Below, piece by piece: positions 33,738 through 44,400 of a DNA stretch of 64,000 bases (position 1 is the first letter of the stretch; each line of letters starts with the position of its first letter). The notes under the pieces are model-generated. The model saw only the letters and a program-made list of their open reading frames with translations, was not told the origin of the DNA and made no database searches. Source of the DNA: Setoptus koraiensis (lineage: Eukaryota > Animalia > Arthropoda); assembly GCA_048013815.1 (NCBI GenBank), contig CM106586.1:19778001-19842000 (forward strand), given 5' to 3'. The translations under genes and the position numbers were made by a program.

Positions 33738-36700
33738 TTAAAAAAAAAAAAATCAAGGGGCAAATTGTAATTGGGTCACTTGGTGGTGAATTAGATTTTT
33801 ACCTAATAATGATGATCAGTGATGTTTATCAACACAAGAATTTATTTCGCCCCGAACATAGAGTATGTGTATATATGACATACAGTTTTTTAATTAAATT
33901 TTGCATCCAGTTAGTTAATCCTATCTTCGTTCTCAACCACGATAAAAGCAGTAAGTCACTGTAAACACTGCCGGTGTCCAAGAGCTTACTGGCCGACACA
34001 AATAAGGCGACATGAAAATCGACGTCGACAGCTATCGGTTAGAGGTGATTTTTTTTTATCTGGACAGCCAAAACTGCAACTTTTTATTCGAGCACGTCGC
34101 GGTCCGTGAATCTGTTCGTTGGTGTTTGCTCCACTGAAACTTTATGGTCGAGCACTGCAAACCAAATATTTTCCCGCCGAATCGGGTATCCCCATACACA
34201 TTCATAATCAAGCGTTCATTCTATTGCTATAGATATGATTGATTATCACTGAAAGCGTTTCGTATTATACAACAAACTTCGACCATTATATATGCTCATT
34301 TGATCTTTGCGAATACAGACAGACACACGCTCACTATACATTAATTTAGGGCAATGACATACAGGAGAAGAAATGGCTTGTGCGACTCTTCGCCGAGAGA
34401 ATGAGGAACTCTGAGTGGTCAACATAAATCCCACAGAGACTCGTTTCACTCCTGAGGAGGGCAAAGGAGTTCTCCGAACTAAAAATACCAGTCTTTTAGG
34501 TCAAATACAAACCATACGCAAAGCTTTCCATACCACGGTTGATTATATGGGATTTATTGTAAGGGGCCTACCATAATGAAGAGCCTAATGATGATCCTTT
34601 ATGGCAGATCACGTTCTTCACCGAACATCGGCAAATTTGCTCCATTTCCTTCTTTGCATTTTTCGTTTCGGTCAGCGCAGACCGTGTTGACGTGGCGGCG
34701 GACATCATTCGGATTTGGTTCTGAGGTACCACAATGTGTTCAACCCAACCCTTTGAACGAGGATCGGTGAACCGATTCTCTTTTTTTTTGCCCGATTCGG
34801 GTGATTTTCCTTGTTCTGGAGGCTAAACACGCATTTCTATTTTACTTTAGAACCGTGCTACACGATCTGATGAACCTGATGCCTTTTTCTAGATAAATTT
34901 TCAATTAAATAAACCTAAACCACTTGAGATCTGCTGGCGATGTTCGCAATTGAGGACGAGGCCTCAAACATTGTAGATGATACTATGAGACGTGCTCAAT
35001 GCAACCCAAATTGAAACGGTCCATCTTAAAAGCCTCCTTCAAACTATCATTACAATCCGAACTTCGCGATAGAAAGGCTCATCAGCAATAGCTGATCTCA
35101 AGATTGTGGGCCTAATTTCATCTAATTTCAGTGGATGATCTACTTTCTACCCTGAGTGGCATGATGAGAAGCTAAATTGGAGTGAGCCACTTTTTAGATG
35201 TGCGGCTTGTTTTGCCCCGCTCATTGTCGACCTGGTTGAGCGAGAAAAAATGTTGAACCCAATCAAGAACTTGATGCTCGATTTCAAAATCTCTTGATTT
35301 TCGAAAGAGCGTTTCAGCAACACTAACGCTGCTTTTCTGATTGAGTCATCCAGATGACAGTCCTGGTCGCAATTCCTGGTCGGGAGGGTCTGTCCTCGTG
35401 GGTTTATACCTTTTATATTTACCTTTTTTATATATACCTTTTGCACGTATTTCCAACCTTCGGTGCCTGCACAAAGATTCACACAAGAAAGTACTCGACA
35501 GACCAAGTGGGCCAGAGGCCGACAATGTACCCAAAAATCTGTACTTTTTTGATACTCTAGCAGAGATGTGCATTCGTGGTTTCCCAGAACCCTCATTAGA
35601 ATTGGTTATGTTGGTTACGAGTGTCACTCAAGAATTGATCAATAATTAATACAAACAACCGACATGTACAATAGATGGATGTAATTGGGGGTGACTGTGC
35701 AAGTATAACAACGAGAACGGAGTTTTTCATGCAACAATTATAAAAAAAAAAAATAATTTGGCCCCAAACTGATGGACGAGCCTCAGTTACAATTGCTCTT
35801 CTCAGTACTATCGCTCTACTCATTAGTATTGTCAGATTCTGATCGAGCACGGAAGAGTGGTGGTAACTGGAAACCGGGCCAATGCTCAATCGGTCAAACT
35901 TTGGCACTCTCAACAATCAATGAATGAGCAAAGAAAAAAAAAATAATTCCTAGCCTATTACTGATCCAAGTCCAGTTTAGTTTTATTTTGACAAAATGCA
36001 GAGTGTGAAGCGCCCCCACAAGCGATCATTTGGGGGAGTTTGAAGTGAGTGAGAGCAATCACCATCGGTTATGCCGACATTTTGTTGGCCATCATTCAGA
36101 GCGAGTGTTTGCGATCAAATATATCAATATATATATATAAAGACTCTATTTGCGTGCCGTTTTTCTACGGCAAATATCTCATGTTATCTATGGTGGGAGC
36201 ACGTGTCTGGCATACTTGCTCAGATAAAAGTTAATCCCCTCGAACCGAAGCTCTATCACTCTTAATGAATGGGGTTCGTTGAATGTGCGGCGAAATGTTG
36301 CCTCGCGGCCGCCATGATATCACACCAATGTGAGTGATCTACCTAAATGGTTTAGACGGACTTAGTCGGTTTGGACACGCAGTTGAGGCGCGAATAACAA
36401 CCACCAAAGCAGCGCCACCAGGCCATGAAGGTTAGATGCCCCAAGCATAAACAAACATGAGAGCCCAATTGGACGTTTGAGTTGGCCTTGTTCGCCAGTG
36501 GCATCGTTGTTCGCGCAACAACAACAACACCAACAACAACAACAACAACAGTAAGTATCATTTGAGTGGCGAAAGACATTTTGACAAGCTCATATTGGCT
36601 GCTCTATAGTGCGCATGTCGCACGGGGGCCCCAACTAAACGAAATGGACTTGCGCATACACATATTGATATTGTTTGTGCGTCTATTGAATACTGCGCTA

Positions 36701-37056
36701 CAATGGGATTTGCACTAAGCCAAACAAACAATTTCGGGGCTGCTGGTGTGGTTGTTGCGAGAGGCCCGTTAGTTGGAGTTCGCTGAGCCTTGAGTAATGA
36801 CGTGCTCGTGTTGGCGAAACTAGCACCACTTAGTATGATGTAATTGCACAGTCGATGCGATGTCGGCTAATCATTTCAACTTGTCTCTATTCATTTTCGC
36901 GTGTCGCATTCGCTAATAGATAGAGCAGCCAAAATTGCCGTCAATGCTGTTATGACAGTGAGCTAATTACAGTTATCATTTTGTTATAACAGTTTGCTGG
37001 CAGCAACCGACTAGTTTGTAAAATCGATTTGATCGTCGCCACAAGTAGCAGCCACA

Positions 37057-40000
37057 ATGATCGCCGATCAGCTAATTGAATCGTGCCCCACCGACAGCAT
37101 TGAGGCCAACAATTCGAGCCAATACGACACACAACACACAACGACAACAACACCGGCCACGTCAAGCGACGACAGCAACAAAATGATGGCGACGGATCGC
37201 GCCAACAAGACCGCGCCCGCCACAAAAGATAAGCTCCGTCTTCATGTGTCCAATTTGCCATTTAAACTAAAACGTGAACAATTGTGCAAGTTATTCAAGA
37301 GTTTCGGCGAAATAATCAAGGCTGAAATAATTTACAACGAGCGCGGCTCAAAGGGCTACGGTTTCGTCACATTTGTGTCCAGTTCGGACGCGCTGAAAGC
37401 CCTGAAAAAATTAAACGGCCACCAGCTGGGCGAGCGCAAATTGATCATAAACTTGGCCACGCCAAAAAACAGCAACAGCAGCCCGCCAGAGAACAATGGC
37501 ACCACCATTTCGGACAATAGCGGCCAGCGCCGAGTACAAGTGCACGGCGAACGGTCAAGGGGCCCCTGCGAATCGACACGAGAGTGGTCACAAGAATCGA
37601 CGGGCTGCCGGCATCGAGCGACTGCCGCCAAACATACGGCGACCAGAGTGGCCGACAAACAGCAGCGGCCCAAGTGTGCCAGACCCGAAGCGACCGGCCC
37701 CAACGGCAACGCAAATCAAGCCACGGAGGGCGGTGGCTGGTCCGCCGAAATGGCCGAAATGGCCGACTCGGCCTCTGGCTGCGACTTTTATCGTGAGCAT
37801 CCGACCGCTCGCTGGCACGACGAACAGCGGCACAGCCACGAGCCCGGAAACTCTCCAGAGCCGGCCCACAAGCGTATGCGTTTGGGGCCCCAGTGGACGC
37901 TGGCCAGCTCGTGGACTGGCCAGCGGAGCCCCAGCGAGCCCGATCAGAACAGGTACGCTGGCGGTTCGGAACGCGTGAGCTCCACCACAACGATAACTAA
38001 CTGGTCGGCGGCGATGCAGTGCGGGCCGCAAGTCGGTGGCGCCAACGGATCGTCGGCAGACAGCGCAGACTGCGGGGCCCTGCCGGTGCCCACGCAGATC
38101 ACTTGCGACGGTGAGTGTTGGCATGCAAAGAATGATGGATCAAGATGCCAAAGTAGCCGAAGTGGCAGCGGCTCGCCAGATCTGCCGGCCCACGGGCCAA
38201 AGTGCAACAACTGTAACAATGGCCTGGCCAAGTTTGGAATAAATAACGACGACAACAACAACAATGCCGACAACGGCGACACCAGTGACAACAGCGGCGA
38301 CTACGACGACGACGACGACGACAAAAGTAAACGTAATGAGATTCAGACAAGCGATAAAAGCACCAACGGCGACACCTGTCCCCCCTCACCTATGTTACAT
38401 AACTATTGCTGTGATTGCAACGGGGCCAGCGTGGGCGCTGATAATAATGCGGCCGCTTACACGACGACGACGACGACGACGAGACTCGCCAGTCAAGCCA
38501 AGCAGCGTGATGGGGCCAATGTGATGTTGTTGTCGCCGCCGTCGTCGTCGTCATCGATCAATAGCAGCGACGCAAGCGGCCCAACTGCTTACAATAACAA
38601 CAATGACAACAACAGCACAACAGCAGCCACTTTTAGTGCCACCACAACGCAATTAAATGATCACCATATCGCACCATCCACACCTGTTATGAGGGAGGCG
38701 CCAGTGGCACTTGTGCCGGCGACAGGCCGCCAAGTGAGCTTGACATCGACGCCGAGGAACAACGACAGTGGCAGCCTCAAACACAGCAACAGCAACAGCA
38801 ACAACAACATCAACAACAATATCAACAACGACAGCGACACCGACGACAACAACAGCGACAACAACAGCGACAACAACAGTGACAGCGACACCGACAAGAA
38901 AAGAAATAATCGCCCACCAGATCAGCCGACCAACGGGAGCGGGCCCCCTGACGGTGACACGGCGCAAAGTGGGGCGCAAAAAGTGAGAGCGGCAATAATG
39001 CGTCGCAACAATCAGCGAGGCGCCACCAGTGATAGCGTAAATAAAAATAGCAACAGTGTTGCCGGCCAAAACCACACAAGCAATAATAATAATCGATCTT
39101 CGTCCTGTTGCCCGTGCTTGTGTCGGTCGGTGGCGCCGCCTAGACAGCGACACCGGCCAACCGGCACCACAAATAATGGTCATGCGGTCGTTAGGCACGA
39201 CAACAACCATACACTGTCCATTAGAAATGTCAGGAAGTGCCCCAAATTGGAGGCGCGTGCGGGGCCGCCATCGTGTTGCCGGCTGCGCGCTGTTTATTGT
39301 CAAATGGCCGGTTTGAGGGGCGAGCCGGCAGTGACGGTCGCCGGCAACAACAACAACAACAGTATCAAGAACAACAGCACCATCAACAGCAACATCCAAG
39401 GCGGCCAATTGCAAACACGAGTGGCCCGAGAGAATAGAGAGCGACTGCCAGCGGGGGCGCTCTATTCTGGAAATTTGTTTTGTGATCATCACCAGAACAA
39501 TGCCAAGCATGGCAATCATTACAACAATAACAATAATTGGCGTTTTGTTGCCAGCGACGGGTTTGCGAGTTCGGGCCCCACGAATTGTCCAGCGACTTGT
39601 TTGCCAGTGTTGCGTCACAACAACCGGGCCTCAGTGGGTCAGCAGCAGCAGCAGCAACACATCAATTGTGTGCCAATGACGAACAATAATATTAATAATA
39701 ATATTAATTCAAATGTCGCCAACCAGGCCAGTGATAGATATAACATAATTAGATTAGGCTGCGCTAGCTGCTGTCAGATGTCGATTAACGGTCCGCGCCA
39801 CTCGGTTCATTACAACAAGAAGAAGAGGCGACGCAAGGCCAATTTAGATTGGCCGCTGTGCGCCCAAATGCCGTCCAAACGATTACAGCAACCGACCAGC
39901 CGATACTGCACGGCCGCCGAAGGGGCCGGAACGGACCGAAAGAAGGGCGACAAGTTTCATTATTATCGGCGCAGCGCACCGTCGGAATGGTCCGGCTCGG

Positions 40001-40440
40001 AATCGTTGTCCTCGGCGGAATTGTCGGCTGCCTCGTCGGAATTGTCGGCTGCCTCGTCGGAATTATCGGCTGCCTCGTCGGAATTACCGGCTGCCTCGTC
40101 GGAATTACCCGCTGCTGCTGCGGCGGCGGCCGCCGCCGCCGATCTGTCGACGGCAGCGAAAAGGGCGCGACATGTCAATTCAATTTGCAGCCCAGTGACA
40201 GCAGCAGCGGCGGCGGCGGCCCCCTCCGTTGGAGCTGCTGTCGTCATGGGGCCCGCTCACATGCACGGCCGGCCAATGAGGCCGCACTCGCACCATTCGA
40301 CCATGGAGCCAGCACAGCAATCGGGCGACATATCGGCCAGCCACCACAATGAACAGCTCACCTGTCATCATATTATTGGCAACAGGGATTGTTTGGCGTG
40401 CGTGACCAATCAAGTGGCGATAATTCAGAGGAAATCATGA
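37057..40440 (+). CDS. RNA-binding protein with a single Rbfox/Fox-1-type RRM and a ~1000-aa low-complexity tail (start may be 37183)
   Basis: KLRLHVSNLPFK...EIIYNERGSKGYGFVTF...LNG...RKLIINLAT matches the Fox-1 RRM pattern. The 3.4-kb ORF is uninterrupted and its repeats preserve frame. Confidence 0.75.
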   Translation: MIADQLIESCPTDSIEANNSSQYDTQHTTTTTPATSSDDSNKMMATDRANKTAPATKDKLRLHVSNLPFKLKREQLCKLFKSFGEIIKAEIIYNERGSKGYGFVTFVSSSDALKALKKLNGHQLGERKLIINLATPKNSNSSPPENNGTTISDNSGQRRVQVHGERSRGPCESTREWSQESTGCRHRATAAKHTATRVADKQQRPKCARPEATGPNGNANQATEGGGWSAEMAEMADSASGCDFYREHPTARWHDEQRHSHEPGNSPEPAHKRMRLGPQWTLASSWTGQRSPSEPDQNRYAGGSERVSSTTTITNWSAAMQCGPQVGGANGSSADSADCGALPVPTQITCDGECWHAKNDGSRCQSSRSGSGSPDLPAHGPKCNNCNNGLAKFGINNDDNNNNADNGDTSDNSGDYDDDDDDKSKRNEIQTSDKSTNGDTCPPSPMLHNYCCDCNGASVGADNNAAAYTTTTTTTRLASQAKQRDGANVMLLSPPSSSSSINSSDASGPTAYNNNNDNNSTTAATFSATTTQLNDHHIAPSTPVMREAPVALVPATGRQVSLTSTPRNNDSGSLKHSNSNSNNNINNNINNDSDTDDNNSDNNSDNNSDSDTDKKRNNRPPDQPTNGSGPPDGDTAQSGAQKVRAAIMRRNNQRGATSDSVNKNSNSVAGQNHTSNNNNRSSSCCPCLCRSVAPPRQRHRPTGTTNNGHAVVRHDNNHTLSIRNVRKCPKLEARAGPPSCCRLRAVYCQMAGLRGEPAVTVAGNNNNNSIKNNSTINSNIQGGQLQTRVARENRERLPAGALYSGNLFCDHHQNNAKHGNHYNNNNNWRFVASDGFASSGPTNCPATCLPVLRHNNRASVGQQQQQQHINCVPMTNNNINNNINSNVANQASDRYNIIRLGCASCCQMSINGPRHSVHYNKKKRRRKANLDWPLCAQMPSKRLQQPTSRYCTAAEGAGTDRKKGDKFHYYRRSAPSEWSGSESLSSAELSAASSELSAASSELSAASSELPAASSELPAAAAAAAAAADLSTAAKRARHVNSICSPVTAAAAAAAPSVGAAVVMGPAHMHGRPMRPHSHHSTMEPAQQSGDISASHHNEQLTCHHIIGNRDCLACVTNQVAIIQRKS
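40010..40115 (+). repeat. 21-bp coding tandem repeat (TCGGAATTGTCGGCTGCCTCG, 4-5 copies) encoding SELSAAS
   Basis: Direct reading. Confidence 0.85.
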
Positions 40441-41325
40441 CGACCATCCAACGAATATGAAATGAATAAGGGCGCCTATAAGGGGGCGGCCTAATTTCGT
40501 TTGCTGCCCCGGTTGCTATTATGATTTATTTCGTTTCTTTGCCAATTGTGTCCGGTTTGGTTCGGCCCGGTTCGGCCCGGTTTGGTTTGGTTGGGTGCCG
40601 TTGGGTTTGGTCAGGTGAGCTGTAGCGAGCGCGTTGCGTCATTGGCATTATTGGCGTCATTGGCGTCATTGGCGGACAGCCAGGCGAGGACAAGAAAATG
40701 CAACTGACAGACTGTTGACACTGCAAGCTGGCACACAAACAATTAATTGGTCGAGTCAACAAGACGACAGGTCGGCCGGTGAGCGCCGACGACAACAAAT
40801 GTGTCTTAGTTAATTTGTGTGTTACCATTTGTAATGTTCAATCTAGACACTGTCCGATCGGGACAGCTAATGAGCTGCCAACTTATTAGCAGCCGGCGCT
40901 GGCGTAGCAGAATAAACATCATTAATAACATCCATTAATAATCATACACGTGCTGGCATACATTATGTTGCGCCGGCAAGCGAGCGTAAATGTGCGAATA
41001 TATGAGCGACCAGTACAGGTGTATGAGAGCCAGTTTTCTGTCTCGGCAAACCGACTTGAGCCGAATTGAGCCAAACAGACCGTATAGCACCGTTGTTGCG
41101 CGTGGCGCGAGCTCGTTAGCGTCGGGCCGCCGGCCCGCCAGCCGCCGGCCCGCTATCCGACCGGCCAGTTAGACAGCTAGTTGAAACTGACTTACTTTTA
41201 ATTAATATCAGATATTTGGGTCCGGCCCCCTGCCTGCTCGGCCGGCGTCCGCCCGCGTGTCTGTTTGCGTCCGTTTGCGTCTGTTTGTGTCGCCCCCGTA
41301 TGTATCTGTATCCATCTACGTGTAC

Positions 41326-41402
41326 CCGTTGTTGTTGTTGTTGTTGTTGTTGTTGTCGTCGTCGTCGCTGTTGTTGTCGTCGTTGTTGTCGTCGACGTTG
41401 TT
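41326..41402. repeat. (GTT)n/(GTC)n compound microsatellite
   Basis: Direct reading. Confidence 0.9.
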
Positions 41403-44400
41403 AACACAACGCAATAAACTCGCCGGAATGAAATTAAGTAACACACACACAAAGTAGATTTTTCTCGCTTCTCGCAACTATTTTCGGTGGCAAACATCCA
41501 TCACACACACACGCACTATCTGGCTCTGTTGGTCGATTATTATTATTTCGCAGAGATTATTTGTTTGCAAATGTTGCATAGCTTGCACAACACGACGACA
41601 ATGGGCCAACTGCGCGACATTGCCACCCACAATGGCGCGCCCCAAAGCCCAAATTCGGCCCCAGAGTGCATTTGATGAAAAACTCTCAGCCACTGACTTT
41701 CACCCACTTTTATTCCATTATTCACAATGCCAGAGGCAGCTGATTTGAGTCCTCGCAGCTAGGTGTGAGCGCCAGTAATTGTGTTTGTAATGTTAATTTC
41801 GGCGACACAATTTTGTTGGACACACAACATGGGCACACCACTTGTGAGTTGTGTGTGTGTGGAGGACACAACTAATTCCACTCTATCTATCTTGCCACAG
41901 AGCTAGTTACCTGGCGGCGACAGTGGTCCCAATGCACTCGTTGTCAGCGGCGAGCCAGAGAAAAAAAAACGCCACAAACAGGCTCGATATGCGCCCACGA
42001 GGCGCCCGAGCTCGCATTCAAATTTACCAGTTTGTGTTTGGGGCGCCATTAACTGATTTGTCGCGACCGAAACATGCAGGCTGCATGTCGCTACGATACA
42101 TGCCGCCATGTTCGCATTCATGCCGTTATGTTCGGATACAAACCGGCAGTGACCGAATGTGCTGCCGGCGAGCAAACACAACAGATCGGATATATTCAAA
42201 TTAGCTGGCCCGCAATTGCATATGACACAGATGCGGGATTTGCGCAGTATTGCTCGTTTCGGCCCCGATATTGCGCGGCGCCAATGTGGCCCAATCATAA
42301 CGACAATGTTATGCCAATGTGCGACTTTCATCATTATTTTGTGCGCCCGTTACGCCCTGCTGAACAGCGCCAGATTTGATAGATTAATTAGCACACTTGA
42401 GACACTGGCCCCCATGAGCCAACCGCTGAGGCCCGTCACTGGGGCCATATTTGTGTGTTCGTGCTCACTCGTTGCCATCTCCTATTTTCGCTTCGATTCG
42501 TAATTCCTCGGAGTGACATTTCGCCTTGGCTGTTGTCTGATTAAGTTGGTTTGAGTAATAGTTATGTGAGCCGTTATACAAGCTGCCGCACCACAGTACA
42601 ATGTGTATGCCGCCAGTTAAATAACTGTTATATCTCAATACATCAATATCAATAAACCGCTAATCACATTGGCACACAACTCAAAATGGGCCCACTGACG
42701 CCGGCCAGCGGCCAGCCAATAAAGTACGTGTTGTGGCAACTGGTGGACCACGTTCCGGTTGTTGGTGCAATTGGAAATGGCTCGCACTCTCGCTCTCTAT
42801 GAGTATTGCCTCTTTACGCTGAATAGAGAGTCTATTAGAGGGTCTCTACTAGAGAGCCAGCGCCAGCCAATGGTAATATATGTTGTTGTTGTTATGAGGT
42901 CATCATGGTATATATCTAAGATAATGAGATGATAAAATGATAAGCCTATTTATCATTCGAATGGGCCGACGCTCGAGCGAGCGCATCAAACATTAGCTCG
43001 GCGCCACCACAAAACTCTCTGGCTGGAAGCGAGCGTTTGCCTTCAGGGACGGTTCGGCCATTTCGGGGCCGCTCCGTCGGGCATTGATGGACTGCTGCCT
43101 GTATCAATGGGAGTGCCTCATAGTATGAGGCTCATACTATGAGGCCCATGGTGGACTGGCATAGATGGACGTGAGATAACAACTCGTGCAAGCTCGTTTG
43201 GTCCTCGAGTTTCAAACTTTCTTAAGATGTAGCGCACGAACGAGCCAATATACGCGCGCCATGTCGACGTCATGCCAATCCAATTGCCAATCCATTTGCT
43301 TCAATCCAAATGTATCTAATAATCATAATAATAATAATACAATGGTGGCGCCAACCGCGCAACCAGATGCCCAGATGTCCAATATGAACTCGGCAGCACA
43401 ATTAACTGGCCCCATACATCGGTATGTATGGGGCTGTCTCAATAAGCCAATTGGCGGCTCGCTGGCATCTCGCCGGCTGTCTTGGCCAGATAGCTTGCTC
43501 GGCCCCGAATCGATAAAACTCGTGCCTATCGGCCATAATAAGCGCGCCGGATATTTTCCTCTTTGTCTGGCCATGTCGGCCGGTGGTGGGCAGCAGTATT
43601 AGACAAGGTCGTCGGATCGGAAGAAGCCCCACTTCTGCAACTGTCGCTTCGCTATATTCGCAACAGCAATCAACTATATATACACGCCAGTGCAACAGTG
43701 ACACACAACAGCGAATTCATGTTGCAAAAGTTATGTCATACATGTGCATCGGCGGTCATGCTACACTGATTTCTATCAGTCCAATGAATTTACTTCTTCC
43801 ACGCCTGTGTACCATTATGTCATCAACATCATCGCCGAGCGTTGGCCCTCATCACTGAGGTCGCTTCGCCTTGCGAGCAGCACCAATTGCGAGGCCCCGG
43901 ATGCATCAATGCATATCACTCGTGATTGCGTCTGGCTCCAGTTTGTTGGCTTGACATGGGAGCCTTGTAAAGGAAAAAATGTTTTGCAATCAGCCAATTT
44001 ATACTCGCCTTAGCTCTTTTTCGACCCAATTACTCTTATGCCAAAAAAACAATCGCAACGGGCAATCAAACGAATAAGAGCAGAATAAATAAGTAAAAAA
44101 CGCAACAAGAAGTTAGCCTGCACTAATTTCGACCCAACGAGGCTGCCTTCGAAATATCTCTATTGTACCTTTCTCTTGGGCACGTGCGCAAATGAATTTC
44201 GCCCAGCTCACAGGAACTGAAAAACTACGGTGTATCAGCACGTGAAAAATGACTCAACTGGACGAACAACTCGCACCAGTGCTCGAATTATACGTACTAT
44301 TAGAGATGCTAGAGGATAAATCACTTCGAGCCCGCAATGGAACACGCATGATAGCTTCTTGCCCGTCACCTGAGCAAACACACAACCAAGCTGTAAAATT

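Noticed and set aside
38653-39618. 321-aa minus-strand ORF and other ORFs inside the RRM gene
   Set aside because: Antisense shadows of AAC/GAC triplet repeats in the long plus-strand ORF.
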